Assembly (NCBI GenBank): GCA_963540515.1
Contig: CAUTNA010000001.1
Span: 5,420-69,419, forward strand
Direction of reading: 5' to 3'
DNA: 64,000 bases
Origin: an uncultured Alphaproteobacteria bacterium
GTDB taxonomy: Bacteria > Pseudomonadota > Alphaproteobacteria > Rs-D84
Every line of letters begins with the position of its first letter. The first letter of the stretch is position 1. Positions 28,797-38,888 of this stretch are shown in pieces. The notes beneath the pieces were generated by a model. The model saw only the letters and a program-made list of their open reading frames with translations, did not search any database and was not told the origin of the DNA. Both the position numbers and the translations under genes were made by a program.

Positions 28797-30294
28797 CTTG
28801 ATTAACTAATTTATCGTATATTTTTTTATCTGTTAAAATTTTTGTAGATACAGCTGTTGATATAATATCTTCTTCCATACCGTTTTTCATATTAGGACAA
28901 GCAAATCTTATAGATTTTATGTTTATATCTTTCTTTTTATTAAAGTCATTATATTTAAAAGAATTATTGTTTACATTTACAAAAAATGTATTTTGTTGTT
29001 TTTCACCTTTTATATTTGATAAACATACTATTGGAAATACTCCTATTTTATATATATCATCACCAGTTCCACTTTTAAATATCTTATTAAACACTTCCAA
29101 TTTGCCAGTATTTTTTAAATTTAATACAGTTGGTATATTTGCATTTCCAAGAGTCGGAGTACCAATTAAAACACCTTTTTTATTTTCATAAAAACTGTAA
29201 GCAAGAGCCTCAGCCGTTCCCCTTGTTGAAGATGAAATTAAAACAACAACAGGCACATTTACTTTTGAAACTTCTGAAGATATAATTTCAACTTCTGATT
29301 TATCTGATTCTATTATTCTCATAATAGATTTTTTACCTAAAAATAAACCAGCTAATTTTGCTGTTATAAATTCATCTCTTCCAAAAGTATTTCTTAAATC
29401 TAAAACAATACCAGATATATCTTTATATTTTTTTAATGCTTCACTTACTATAGAAACTGAATTATCTGTTAATCTATGAATTGTTATCTCTAAAATGTTC
29501 AAATTATTGCTTGTTTTTTTTAAAACTATATCTGTATCTGCAAGAATTATTGAAGACCTTTTTAAAACAACTTGCCTTTCTCCAACACTTGTAAGTAATG
29601 TTAATTTAACAGTTGATAAAACATTCCCATATAAAATATTTATAAAATCTGAATATTTAATCTTAGAAACATCTTTTCCATTTATTTTTGTTATAACATC
29701 ACCAATATTTATATCAGAATCATAAGCAGTAGAATTTTGAATTATTCCACTTATATAAAAAGTACCACTTTTAGATTTATAACCTATAATTCCTAAACTT
29801 GTTAATATTGTTCCAAGTTTAAATAAATTTTTATCTGAAATATATTTACCATTTTCTCCTATATTAAACATTAAAGATTTAACAACAATTTGATATATTT
29901 CATCTTTTGATAATTTTGAAAAATTCTTTTCTATAGATCTTAATTTCAAAATCAAAGCAGTTGTTAATTGTCCTTGAGCATTCCAATCATTTTCTTTTGG
30001 ATTTTTATAATTAGATATTATTTCAGAATTAAGCAAGAATACTACTCTATCTGAAGTAGAAGATACTTCAAAATTTTTATAAAATTTATCTAAATTTTTT
30101 ATTGAAATAGATTTTTTTTTACCAGCCCATTTAATAGAATTAAGTTTTTCATAAATATCTGCAAAATCATTGGACAACTCAAATACATTTAATCCATTTT
30201 GTATAGCTTCTTCTTTATTAAATAAATCCAAAGAATATACATTTTTTGAAAATAAAATAATCAAACTAAATAAAAATAATGTTCTTTTTATCAC
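28786..30294 (-). CDS. C-terminal processing peptidase (S41 family) with a PDZ domain
   Basis: PDZ-like 'IGDVITKINGKDVS' and an S41-like 'LISSSTRGTAEALA' serine region. Signal peptide present. Confidence 0.55.
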   Translation of the reverse strand: MIKRTLFLFSLIILFSKNVYSLDLFNKEEAIQNGLNVFELSNDFADIYEKLNSIKWAGKKKSISIKNLDKFYKNFEVSSTSDRVVFLLNSEIISNYKNPKENDWNAQGQLTTALILKLRSIEKNFSKLSKDEIYQIVVKSLMFNIGENGKYISDKNLFKLGTILTSLGIIGYKSKSGTFYISGIIQNSTAYDSDINIGDVITKINGKDVSKIKYSDFINILYGNVLSTVKLTLLTSVGERQVVLKRSSIILADTDIVLKKTSNNLNILEITIHRLTDNSVSIVSEALKKYKDISGIVLDLRNTFGRDEFITAKLAGLFLGKKSIMRIIESDKSEVEIISSEVSKVNVPVVVLISSSTRGTAEALAYSFYENKKGVLIGTPTLGNANIPTVLNLKNTGKLEVFNKIFKSGTGDDIYKIGVFPIVCLSNIKGEKQQNTFFVNVNNNSFKYNDFNKKKDINIKSIRFACPNMKNGMEEDIISTAVSTKILTDKKIYDKLVNQDDK

Positions 30295-31154
30295 TATTTA
30301 GTATCTCTTAAATTAAAATGATACAAAATTACATTAGAAATATAAATACTTGTAAGAGTACCCATAACAACTGCAAATATCATAGCAATAGAAAAATCTC
30401 TCAAAACATCTCCACCAAATATATAAAGACCAAGCATAGCAAATATTGTAGATAAACTTGTCATAACAGTTCTTGTCAACATTTCATTTATAGATAAATC
30501 TATTAAATCATTTGTTGGCATTCTATGGTATTTTTTTATATTTTCTTCTATTCTGTCATAATTTACAACTTTATCATTTATAGAATATCCTATACCCATT
30601 AATATTACAGCAATTGCTGTTTGATTAAACTCTAATCCACATACAGAAAAGAATCCAAACATTAATATAAAATCTAAAATAAGAGAAATAAAAGATCCAA
30701 CTGCATAACCACCTTTATAACGAACCCAAATATAAACAGCCATTAAAATAAAAGAAACTATTACAGCAAAAATTCCCCCTCTTATTAATTCAGCACCTAT
30801 TTTAGGACCAACAACCTGAACTTTTGAGTATGAAACATTATCTCCTAATATATTTTTTATTTGGGTCACTCTTAAATTTTGTTCTTTCTCGGTTGAATTT
30901 TTAGGTAAACTAACTCTTACTAAAATAGATTTATTATCTATATATTGCATTTCTGGTCTAAAGCTAGATAAATCAGTTCTTATCTTATCTATAGTATAAG
31001 ATTCTTTTTGTGGAGTAATTTCTAATGAAATTCCACCAGAAAAATCTATACCATAATTTAAACCTTTAAATAATAATGAAAAAATAGATAACAGTATCAA
31101 AGATATAGAAATAAAATAAGACAATTTTCTATATTTCATAAAATGAAGAGTCAT
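30294..31154 (-). CDS. secF: Protein translocase subunit SecF
   Basis: SecD/SecF-family TM bundle. 286 aa. Immediately downstream of secD. Confidence 0.85.
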   Translation of the reverse strand: MTLHFMKYRKLSYFISISLILLSIFSLLFKGLNYGIDFSGGISLEITPQKESYTIDKIRTDLSSFRPEMQYIDNKSILVRVSLPKNSTEKEQNLRVTQIKNILGDNVSYSKVQVVGPKIGAELIRGGIFAVIVSFILMAVYIWVRYKGGYAVGSFISLILDFILMFGFFSVCGLEFNQTAIAVILMGIGYSINDKVVNYDRIEENIKKYHRMPTNDLIDLSINEMLTRTVMTSLSTIFAMLGLYIFGGDVLRDFSIAMIFAVVMGTLTSIYISNVILYHFNLRDTK

Positions 31155-31170
31155 TAAAATCTCCTTAAAA

Positions 31171-32685
31171 TTATTTTTTATTTTTATATAGCCAATCTAT
31201 CATAACTTTGGAAAGTACCATACAAGTAAACAAAGTTGTTATTACCCCAATAGACAAGGTCACGGCAAAACCTCTTATTGGACCAGCACCAAATTGAAAT
31301 AATATTAAAGAACATATTAAGTTTGTTAAGTTTCCATCAATAACAGCTTTCATTGAATTTTTAAAACCACTATCAATAGCTCTATTCATTGGAACTCCAA
31401 GTTTTCTCTCATCTTTTATTCTCTCAAATGGAAGTATATTTGCGTCCACAGCCATACCTAAAGTTAATACTATTCCAGCAATTCCTGGTAAAGTTAAAAC
31501 AGTTCCCAAAACAGCAGATATACCAACAATCATAAGTAAGTTAATTACTAAAACAATATCTGCAATAAATCCTAAAGTTTTATAGTATACAAGCATAAAA
31601 ACAATAACAAATATCAAACCAAATAATGCACCAACTTTACCAGAAGCAATAGTATCAGCACCAAGTCCTGCACCAACACTTCTCTCTTCTATTACAGATA
31701 AAGGAGCTGGAAGTGCACCAGAACGAAGTAAAACAGCTAAATCTTTTGCTTGCTGTAGAGTAAAACCTCCAGATATTTGTCCTCGTCCACCAAAAATAGG
31801 TTCTCTTATAACAGGAGCAGACAAGACTTTATCATCTAAAACTATTGCAAAACGATCATTTACATGTTCAACTGTTAATTTCGCAAATTTCTTAGAACCA
31901 ATACTATCAAAAACAGTTGTTACTACCGGCATGTTGTTTGAACCAAAATCTGCTTTTGAGTCTATTAAGTTTTCTCCAGACACTTCAACTTTTGAATAGA
32001 CTGGTATTTTTTGTCCTTGTCCATCCAGCAAATCAAGCATTTTTACACCAGAGCTATTAGATACATTTTCTGCAACTAAATGAAATGATAATTTTGCGGT
32101 TTTACCTATTAGTTCTTTAATCCTTTCAGGATTATCAACTCCAGGCAATTGAACAAGTATATATTTTCCAGACTGACTTTGTATAGAAGGTTCTTTTGTA
32201 CCCAAAGCATCAATTCTACTTCTTACTATCTCTATACTACGAGATAAAGCATCTGCTTGTAATTCTTTTCTGTATTTATCAGAATATTTAATAGAAAAAT
32301 TTCCATTTGTTTCATTTATATCAACTGTTGTACCAAACTCAGATTTAATTCTGGATCTAACTTTGGAATTATCATCTTTATTTTTTATAGTAAATAAAAC
32401 ATTTTCATCAGCAATATGTAATCCAGAAAATTTAATAACACCTTTATTTCTATCAATTAATAAACTTCTTGCGCTATCGTAAAGAGCAGAAGTTTTTTCT
32501 TTAAGCATAACATCAGTATCAACTTCCAGTAAAAGTTGAGCCCCTCCCTTTAAATCTAAACCTAAAGATATTGGAGATATCCAAGATGGAAAATATTTTG
32601 AAAGATTTGGAAAAAATGTAGGAATCGACAAAGCTATACAAAATACGGTAGTAAAAATTATCAATATTCTTTTTAACATATACAT
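31171..32685 (-). CDS. secD: Protein translocase subunit SecD
   Basis: Large periplasmic domain plus a C-terminal six-TM bundle ('GIAGIVLTLGMAVDANIL'). Confidence 0.85.
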   Translation of the reverse strand: MYMLKRILIIFTTVFCIALSIPTFFPNLSKYFPSWISPISLGLDLKGGAQLLLEVDTDVMLKEKTSALYDSARSLLIDRNKGVIKFSGLHIADENVLFTIKNKDDNSKVRSRIKSEFGTTVDINETNGNFSIKYSDKYRKELQADALSRSIEIVRSRIDALGTKEPSIQSQSGKYILVQLPGVDNPERIKELIGKTAKLSFHLVAENVSNSSGVKMLDLLDGQGQKIPVYSKVEVSGENLIDSKADFGSNNMPVVTTVFDSIGSKKFAKLTVEHVNDRFAIVLDDKVLSAPVIREPIFGGRGQISGGFTLQQAKDLAVLLRSGALPAPLSVIEERSVGAGLGADTIASGKVGALFGLIFVIVFMLVYYKTLGFIADIVLVINLLMIVGISAVLGTVLTLPGIAGIVLTLGMAVDANILPFERIKDERKLGVPMNRAIDSGFKNSMKAVIDGNLTNLICSLILFQFGAGPIRGFAVTLSIGVITTLFTCMVLSKVMIDWLYKNKK

Positions 32686-32687
32686 CT

Positions 32688-32993
32688 CTATTTTTTTGAT
32701 AAATAAGCTATACTTTTATTAATTTTTATAATTATATTTTTTGATATTTCTAATTCAATTATATTATCTTTAATGTTCTTTATTTTACCATAAATCCCAT
32801 TAGCTATAATTTCATCACCAACCTTTAAAGAATCAACAACTTTATTATATTCGTTAATTTTCTTTTTATTAGGTCTTATAATTATCAAATATATAAAAAT
32901 AAAAACAACAACAGAGTATACTATTATTCCAAAGCTATTTTGATTTGTATTTAAACTAGTTGTAGTATTTTTCTCTATTATTTCTTGGTTCAT
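32688..32993 (-). CDS. yajC: Preprotein translocase subunit YajC
   Basis: Single TM followed by a 'KK...L..GDEI...G..G.I' beta region. Position upstream of secDF. Confidence 0.7.
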   Translation of the reverse strand: MNQEIIEKNTTTSLNTNQNSFGIIVYSVVVFIFIYLIIIRPNKKKINEYNKVVDSLKVGDEIIANGIYGKIKNIKDNIIELEISKNIIIKINKSIAYLSKK

Positions 32994-33051
32994 ATAAATT
33001 CCTTAAATGATCTAAATGGTAATCAAAAGCTTAAAAAAAGTAAATACCTTT

Positions 33052-34767
33052 TTAAATACGTTCAAACCAACTATCTAGTTCAGACATCTTAATAAATTTA
33101 TAAACAGGTCTTCCGTGATTACATTGGCTTGCTCTTTCAGTAGTTTCTATATCTCGTAATAAAGCATCCATTTGAGCATAATCTAATTTTTGTCCTGCTC
33201 TCACAGAATGATGGCAAGCATAATTTGCCAATTTTAAATGTAATTTTTCCTGTAATTGAGAAGAATGTCCATTTGATAATACTTCATCAGATATATCATT
33301 AAAAAGCTTATTCCAATCTAAATCCCAATCAGCAGGCTTTTCAAATATAGCTATTGAATTATCACCAAAACTATCTATTAATAATCCTGAGTTTTTCATC
33401 TCTTCTTTTATTTCTAAAACAGACATTACTTTCTCTGTAGATAAATTAACTATAATTGGAGTTAATAACACTTGCCTCTTAACAGAATTATTTCTTAATT
33501 TTTCATAAACTATTCTTTCATGAGCTGCATGTTGATCAATAATTACTAAATTATCCCCACTTTCTGCAATTATATATTTTTTTGAAAACTGACCTATAAC
33601 TCTACCAAGAGGTTTACTGCTAAATATATTATTCAATTCATTTTTTTCATCACTTCCAGAATATATTTTATCATATATAAAAGGCTTGATATTCTCTTTC
33701 ATAGAAGGATATAAAGACTCTAAATTACTTATAAAATATTTATTATCTTGAGATGATTCATAAGATATAAAATCTTGTTTTAAATCATCAGTGTTTACCA
33801 TAGTTTGAGATAACTTATTCCTTATTGTCCTTATCATAAAACCACGTAATCTTGAAGGTTCCAAAAAATGAACTTCTGTTTTTGAAGGAGAAACATTTAC
33901 ATCAATATAACTAGGATCCATATTAAAGTATAAAACACATAAAGGAAATTCTCTTGCATGCATAACATCCATATAAGATGCTCTTAATGCTCCAACGATA
34001 ACTTTATCCTTTACAGATCTATTGTTCACAAATAAATATTGATCTATTGATGTTGCTCTTCTAAAAGTAGGTTCTGAAATATAACCATACATACTAAAAG
34101 CACCAGAAGAATTTTTAGTATTCTCTATTTCTATCATTTTTCCATCAGCATCATTTCCTAAAACAGAAATAACCCTATCATAAAAAGATTGTCCTTTTGG
34201 AAAACTCCATTTATTGTTTAAATTAAAACCAACATCAGGACGTGATAAAGCTAATCTTTTTACAATATCAACTATATTTAACATTTCTGATCTATCTGAG
34301 TGTAAAAATTTTAATCTTGCCGGTGTTTTTGCAAATAAATTTTTTACCAAAACCCTGGTACCATTATTCCAAGAAGAAGGTTTTATTTCATAATTATTAC
34401 AATTTAATTGCCAACCATATCTTTCAGACAAATTATATGAATCTATAAACATATCTGACACAGATGCTATAGAGGGTAAAGCTTCTCCCCTAAAACCCAT
34501 ATACCTTATATTAGTTAAATCATCTGTAGGAAGTTTTGAAGTAGCGTGTCTTTTTATACTTTTTTCTAAATCTTCTTTTGTCATTCCAATTCCGTCATCA
34601 GAAACAGAAATTTGTGTTCTTCCACCATCTATCACTTCGATAAATAAATTTGTTGCACCAGCATCAAGTGAATTTTCAACTAATTCTTTTACAACATTTG
34701 CAGGTCTCTCTATTACCTCACCTGCAGCAATTTGATTAACTAAAAATATTGGTAGTTCTCTAATCAT
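33052..34767 (-). CDS. mutL: DNA mismatch repair protein MutL
   Basis: GHKL ATPase N-terminus 'ANVVKELVENSLDAGAT' and 'DDGIGM'. C-terminal dimerisation domain 'CHHSVRAGQ'. Confidence 0.9.
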   Translation of the reverse strand: MIRELPIFLVNQIAAGEVIERPANVVKELVENSLDAGATNLFIEVIDGGRTQISVSDDGIGMTKEDLEKSIKRHATSKLPTDDLTNIRYMGFRGEALPSIASVSDMFIDSYNLSERYGWQLNCNNYEIKPSSWNNGTRVLVKNLFAKTPARLKFLHSDRSEMLNIVDIVKRLALSRPDVGFNLNNKWSFPKGQSFYDRVISVLGNDADGKMIEIENTKNSSGAFSMYGYISEPTFRRATSIDQYLFVNNRSVKDKVIVGALRASYMDVMHAREFPLCVLYFNMDPSYIDVNVSPSKTEVHFLEPSRLRGFMIRTIRNKLSQTMVNTDDLKQDFISYESSQDNKYFISNLESLYPSMKENIKPFIYDKIYSGSDEKNELNNIFSSKPLGRVIGQFSKKYIIAESGDNLVIIDQHAAHERIVYEKLRNNSVKRQVLLTPIIVNLSTEKVMSVLEIKEEMKNSGLLIDSFGDNSIAIFEKPADWDLDWNKLFNDISDEVLSNGHSSQLQEKLHLKLANYACHHSVRAGQKLDYAQMDALLRDIETTERASQCNHGRPVYKFIKMSELDSWFERI

Positions 34768-34769
34768 CT

Positions 34770-35240
34770 TTATTTATCAAAATTTATTTCAATTATCTCA
34801 AATTCTCTTTCTCCATTTGGTAATTTTACAGTGCAAGTTTGCCCTACACATTTTCCAATCATTGCTTTACCCATAGGAGAACTGCAAGCAATTACAGTTT
34901 TACCATCAGATTCAACATCTGATAATATTTTACAACGCAAAACATTACCATCTTCATCTTCAACTTTTACATTTGCTCCAAATATAACTTTATCACCAGA
35001 TAAGTTTCTTACATCTATAATATCTGCATTTCGTATTATATTTTCTATACAACTAATCCTTTTATCTATCATTCTCTGCTTTTCTTTTGCTGCACTATAA
35101 TCTGCATTTTCTGATAAATCACCAAGTGATCTCGCCCAATCAACAATCTTTAATATTTCTGGTCTATCAATCTCAGTTAATTGTTTTAATTCTTTAATTA
35201 ATTTATCAAAACCCTCTCTACTTATTGGTCTAGTATTCAT
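34770..35240 (-). CDS. greA: Transcription elongation factor GreA
   Basis: N-terminal coiled coil 'PISREGFDKLIKELKQL' and a C-terminal FKBP-like domain. 156 aa. Confidence 0.9.
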   Translation of the reverse strand: MNTRPISREGFDKLIKELKQLTEIDRPEILKIVDWARSLGDLSENADYSAAKEKQRMIDKRISCIENIIRNADIIDVRNLSGDKVIFGANVKVEDEDGNVLRCKILSDVESDGKTVIACSSPMGKAMIGKCVGQTCTVKLPNGEREFEIIEINFDK

Positions 35241-35342
35241 TAAAAAATCCTTATTTATAAGTATGAATTGTGCATTTTAATTTTGCAAAAGTCAATTTTA
35301 CAAGATATACTTGGGGAGTATATATTTAATGTAAATATAAAT

Positions 35343-36404
35343 ATGAACTTCAAAATTTTAAGCTATTTTTTATTAAGAAGGTTTTTTAGTGGCGTTTTTG
35401 TCGTTATCGCTGTAATAAGTAGTGTTATTTTTTTAATTACATTTGTTGAAAGACTTTCTTCTAATTCTTCTTTTTTATTAACTATTTCAGATTCTTGGAT
35501 TAGATTAATAGAGTATTTACCACTATTTCTTCCTTTGGCTGTTTTTATAGGAACTCTACTTTCATCATATAATTTAATAAAGTCATCAGAAAGTATAATT
35601 ATATCAAACTCAGGATTATCTCCTTTTCAATCATTTATACCTTTTTTGATTGGTTCTTTAATAATTGGAATAATCACAACAACAATTATCAATCCATATT
35701 CAGTTAAATTATCAACAAATAATATTACAAATCAGAATTTAAGATTAATAGATAATTCAATATGGATCAGAGAAGAATCAAAAGATTATATTCTCACACT
35801 AAGATCTGAAAAATTAAATATTTTAGAGAAAAATAAATTAGAACTAAACAATAATAATATATTTATACAAGATAAAAATCTTAGATTAACAGAAATTATA
35901 AAGGCAAATAGATTAATACTAGAAAATAAAGAATTTAAAACTAATAAAGCAATAATAATTGATGAAAAAGGAATACCAACAGAAAAAAAATGGAATAGAA
36001 ATACATCTTTAACTTTTGAAATCATACTTAATAGATATTTAAAACCAGATCAAATTTCTTTTTGGAAATTACCGGCATTTATAAAAAAAATGAATAACAT
36101 AGGTATATTTGTTCCACAACATGTTGTTCATCTTTGGACTTTAATATTTCTTCCATTAAATCTAGTATCTATGGCCTTCTTAGGAACAGCTTTTTCACTA
36201 ACAAAACAAAGAAGAAATTATTCTTTTGGTCTTAGATTTAGTATAGCAATATTAGTATGTTTTATTCTGTATTTTATTACAAATATATTTAAAACTTTAG
36301 GTAGTACTTCAATATTACCTGCTGTAATATCCGTATTATCACCGCAATTAATAATTGTAGCAATAGCTGGAATTATTATATCTAAGTTTACAATATTGAA
36401 ATAA
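35343..36404 (+). CDS. LPS export ABC permease LptF/LptG family (YjgP/YjgQ)
   Basis: 'ILSYFLLRRFFSGVFVV' start typical of LptF/G, followed by three N-terminal TM segments, a periplasmic domain and three C-terminal TM segments. The start was chosen at the internal Met; the track's 35268 is an extension. Confidence 0.7.
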   Translation: MNFKILSYFLLRRFFSGVFVVIAVISSVIFLITFVERLSSNSSFLLTISDSWIRLIEYLPLFLPLAVFIGTLLSSYNLIKSSESIIISNSGLSPFQSFIPFLIGSLIIGIITTTIINPYSVKLSTNNITNQNLRLIDNSIWIREESKDYILTLRSEKLNILEKNKLELNNNNIFIQDKNLRLTEIIKANRLILENKEFKTNKAIIIDEKGIPTEKKWNRNTSLTFEIILNRYLKPDQISFWKLPAFIKKMNNIGIFVPQHVVHLWTLIFLPLNLVSMAFLGTAFSLTKQRRNYSFGLRFSIAILVCFILYFITNIFKTLGSTSILPAVISVLSPQLIIVAIAGIIISKFTILK

Positions 36405-36412
36405 AGGGAAAA

Positions 36413-36544
36413 TATGCCACTTAAAAAAAAGTCTAAAATAAAAAATAAGATAATTATCTTATGTATAATTTTATTATTAATATTTTTAATAATGTTTTCA
36501 TTCTCAATAAATCAAAATCTTACTGAAGTTGTTTTAATATCATG
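36413..36544 (+). CDS. Candidate small membrane protein (43 aa); not in the ORF track
   Basis: ORF MPLKKKSKIKNKIIILCIILLLIFLIMFSFSINQNLTEVVLIS with a GGAAAA pseudo-RBS upstream. Basic N-terminus plus a single TM. Confidence 0.2.
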
Positions 36545-37399
36545 AACTATATAGATTTATTTTTAGAATCTTTAATAGCTGAAAAAGGAAGAAGTTTAAA
36601 AACTTATCAAAGTTATTTAAATGATTTAACAAATATTCAAAATGAACTCGGAAATTTAGAAAAATTGGATGAGAAAAAATTACAAAAATATTTTTCCAAT
36701 CTAAAATTAAAACCAAATTCAATATCTAGAAAAATAAGTAGTATAAGAGAATTCTATAAATTTTTAATATCAGAAAAAATTATAATTGAAAATCCAGCAA
36801 AATATTTAGAATTACCAAAAAAACAAAAAACTCTGCCAAAATTTTTAACAAAAGAAGAAATAGATACATTAATATCTAATGCTGGAGATGTAAAAAATTC
36901 TTTGAGATTAAAAACAATGATAGAATTATTATATGCTTCAGGAATAAGAGTTTCTGAACTTTGTGAAATCCAATTAAAATCAATTATGAAGGACAGAATA
37001 TTAATACATGGTAAAGGATCAAAAGAAAGAATTGTTCCTATACATAATAAAGCACAAGAAACTATAGAAAAATGGATAAAATTATCTAAGGAAAAATATC
37101 CTAATTCAAAATATCTTTTTCCAAGTATTGGAAGTTCTGGACATATAACAAGAGATGCTTTTTTCAAGTTGTTAAAAAAATGTGCAATGTTATCTGGTAT
37201 AGATCCAAGCAGAGTAAGTCCACATGTTTTGAGACATTCTTTTGCATCACATTTATTATCTGGTGGTGCAAATTTAAGAGTAATTCAAACAATTCTTGGA
37301 CATGAAGATATTTCAACTACTCAGATATATACTCACTTAGATTCAAAGAAACTAGAAAATACTTTAAAAAAACACCATCCTCTTGCAAAAAAACAATGA
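36542..37399 (+). CDS. xerD: Tyrosine site-specific recombinase XerD/XerC
   Basis: Catalytic residues in 'ASGIRVSEL' (R), 'HVLRHSFASHLL' (H-x-x-R) and 'GHEDISTTQIYTHL' (H...Y). Confidence 0.8.
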   Translation: MNYIDLFLESLIAEKGRSLKTYQSYLNDLTNIQNELGNLEKLDEKKLQKYFSNLKLKPNSISRKISSIREFYKFLISEKIIIENPAKYLELPKKQKTLPKFLTKEEIDTLISNAGDVKNSLRLKTMIELLYASGIRVSELCEIQLKSIMKDRILIHGKGSKERIVPIHNKAQETIEKWIKLSKEKYPNSKYLFPSIGSSGHITRDAFFKLLKKCAMLSGIDPSRVSPHVLRHSFASHLLSGGANLRVIQTILGHEDISTTQIYTHLDSKKLENTLKKHHPLAKKQ

Positions 37400-37860
37400 T
37401 AAAAAAATGCGATTTTAAAGGTTGTAATAAACTTGGTACATGTCGCGCACCAAAATCTTCTAAACTAAATGAATATTGGTATTTCTGTCCTTTTCATGCA
37501 TCAGAATATAATGAAAGATGGAATTTTTATTCAAATATGTCTAAAGAAGAAATAGATAAAGATTATGAATATCAAATATTCGGAGATTTTGACAATAATC
37601 CGTATGATTTTTTAGACTTTATTAATAATTCTTTTTCTAATAGAACAAATACTATAAAAAACAATCTACCAAAAAAAGTTATTGAATCTTTAAAAGAATT
37701 GAATTTAGATGAAAATTCAAACTTTAAACAAGTCTCTGCAAAATACAGAGAACTTGCTAAAATATATCACCCTGATAAATCTAACAGTAATGATACTGAA
37801 AAATTCTCTAAAATAACATCAGCTTATAATCTACTAAAAGAATATTTCAACAAGAAATAA
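37396..37860 (+). CDS. J-domain protein with an N-terminal Cys/His-rich region
   Basis: C-terminal J domain 'YRELAKIYHPDKSNS' (HPD motif). N-terminal 'CDFKGC...C...CPFH' putative zinc ribbon. Confidence 0.6.
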   Translation: MIKKCDFKGCNKLGTCRAPKSSKLNEYWYFCPFHASEYNERWNFYSNMSKEEIDKDYEYQIFGDFDNNPYDFLDFINNSFSNRTNTIKNNLPKKVIESLKELNLDENSNFKQVSAKYRELAKIYHPDKSNSNDTEKFSKITSAYNLLKEYFNKK

Positions 37861-38784
37861 CTATACATTTTTTTTATTAATATAAGCTATAGCATCCATA
37901 GCAGAAGAACAACCAGTCCCCACTGCAGTTGCTATTTGCATTTTAATTCCAGATGTTATATCACCAGCGATAAACATACCTTCAGGTAAATTATCATTAG
38001 ACAACCTTCCCATAGAATCCCTTTTGATATCTTCAGATAAATAATCAGTATTTGCTTCATGACCTATTGCAACAAAAATACCATCACAAACAATAGTTTC
38101 ATCATTTTTTGTTATTGCAATCAATTTATCATTATCTTGTTTTAATTCTTTGAATTCAGTATTAAATAAACATTTAATATTAGATTTTGCTTTAACTCTA
38201 TCTATCATTATTTGTTCTGCCCTTGTAAAAGCTGAACCTCTATAGGCTATTTTTACAGATTTTGCTAAATCAGACAAATAAAGAGCATCATTTAAAGCAG
38301 AATTTCCACCACCTATAACAATCACATCTTTACCTGAATAGAAGAAACCATCACAAGTTGCACAATAAGAAACTCCTTTTCCTATCAGTTCCTTTGCACC
38401 AGATATATCTAATTTTCTTGGTGAAGCACCAGTTGCAACAATTACAACTTTTGACTCATATTCTTTTGAAGAATTTGTTGAAACTTTAAATATATCATTT
38501 TCTTTTTTTATTGATATGGCAGAAATAAATTCTACCTCAGCACCAAAAGATTCAGCCTGAGATTTCATGAACTCTGACAACTCCTGACCACTTCCCTTCC
38601 AACCAGGGTAATTTTCCAATACAGCTATACCAGCTGTTTGACCACCCAATTTATCACCACCTAAAACAATTGTTTTTTTACCAGCACGAGCAGCATACAA
38701 AGCAGCTGTGAGCCCAGCAGGTCCAGAACCTAAAATTATAATATCGTGCATAAATACTCCTATATTGAAAATGAAATTTAACAT
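37861..38784 (-). CDS. trxB: Thioredoxin reductase
   Basis: FAD 'GSGPAG' and NADPH 'GGGNSA' Rossmann motifs. Redox-active 'CATCDG'. Confidence 0.9.
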   Translation of the reverse strand: MLNFIFNIGVFMHDIIILGSGPAGLTAALYAARAGKKTIVLGGDKLGGQTAGIAVLENYPGWKGSGQELSEFMKSQAESFGAEVEFISAISIKKENDIFKVSTNSSKEYESKVVIVATGASPRKLDISGAKELIGKGVSYCATCDGFFYSGKDVIVIGGGNSALNDALYLSDLAKSVKIAYRGSAFTRAEQIMIDRVKAKSNIKCLFNTEFKELKQDNDKLIAITKNDETIVCDGIFVAIGHEANTDYLSEDIKRDSMGRLSNDNLPEGMFIAGDITSGIKMQIATAVGTGCSSAMDAIAYINKKNV

Positions 38785-38888
38785 AAAAAAATGAAAAATT
38801 AAAGTTAAAAGGAAAATGTGAAAAAATAGTATTAAATTATTGATAACAACACATTATAAACATATACTTAAGAGTCAAGAGGATTGTT

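Noticed and set aside
34242-36025. Short antisense ORFs within mutL, greA and lptF/G (34242-34448, 34831-35100, 35786-36025)
   Set aside because: Embedded opposite to conserved, motif-bearing genes. Composition-driven open frames.
36542-37399. Tyrosine recombinase as a prophage or integrative-element integrase
   Set aside because: 285 aa with the XerC/XerD-type catalytic tetrad and no phage or conjugative genes nearby. It sits between lptF/G and a J-domain gene, so it is called chromosomal XerD.
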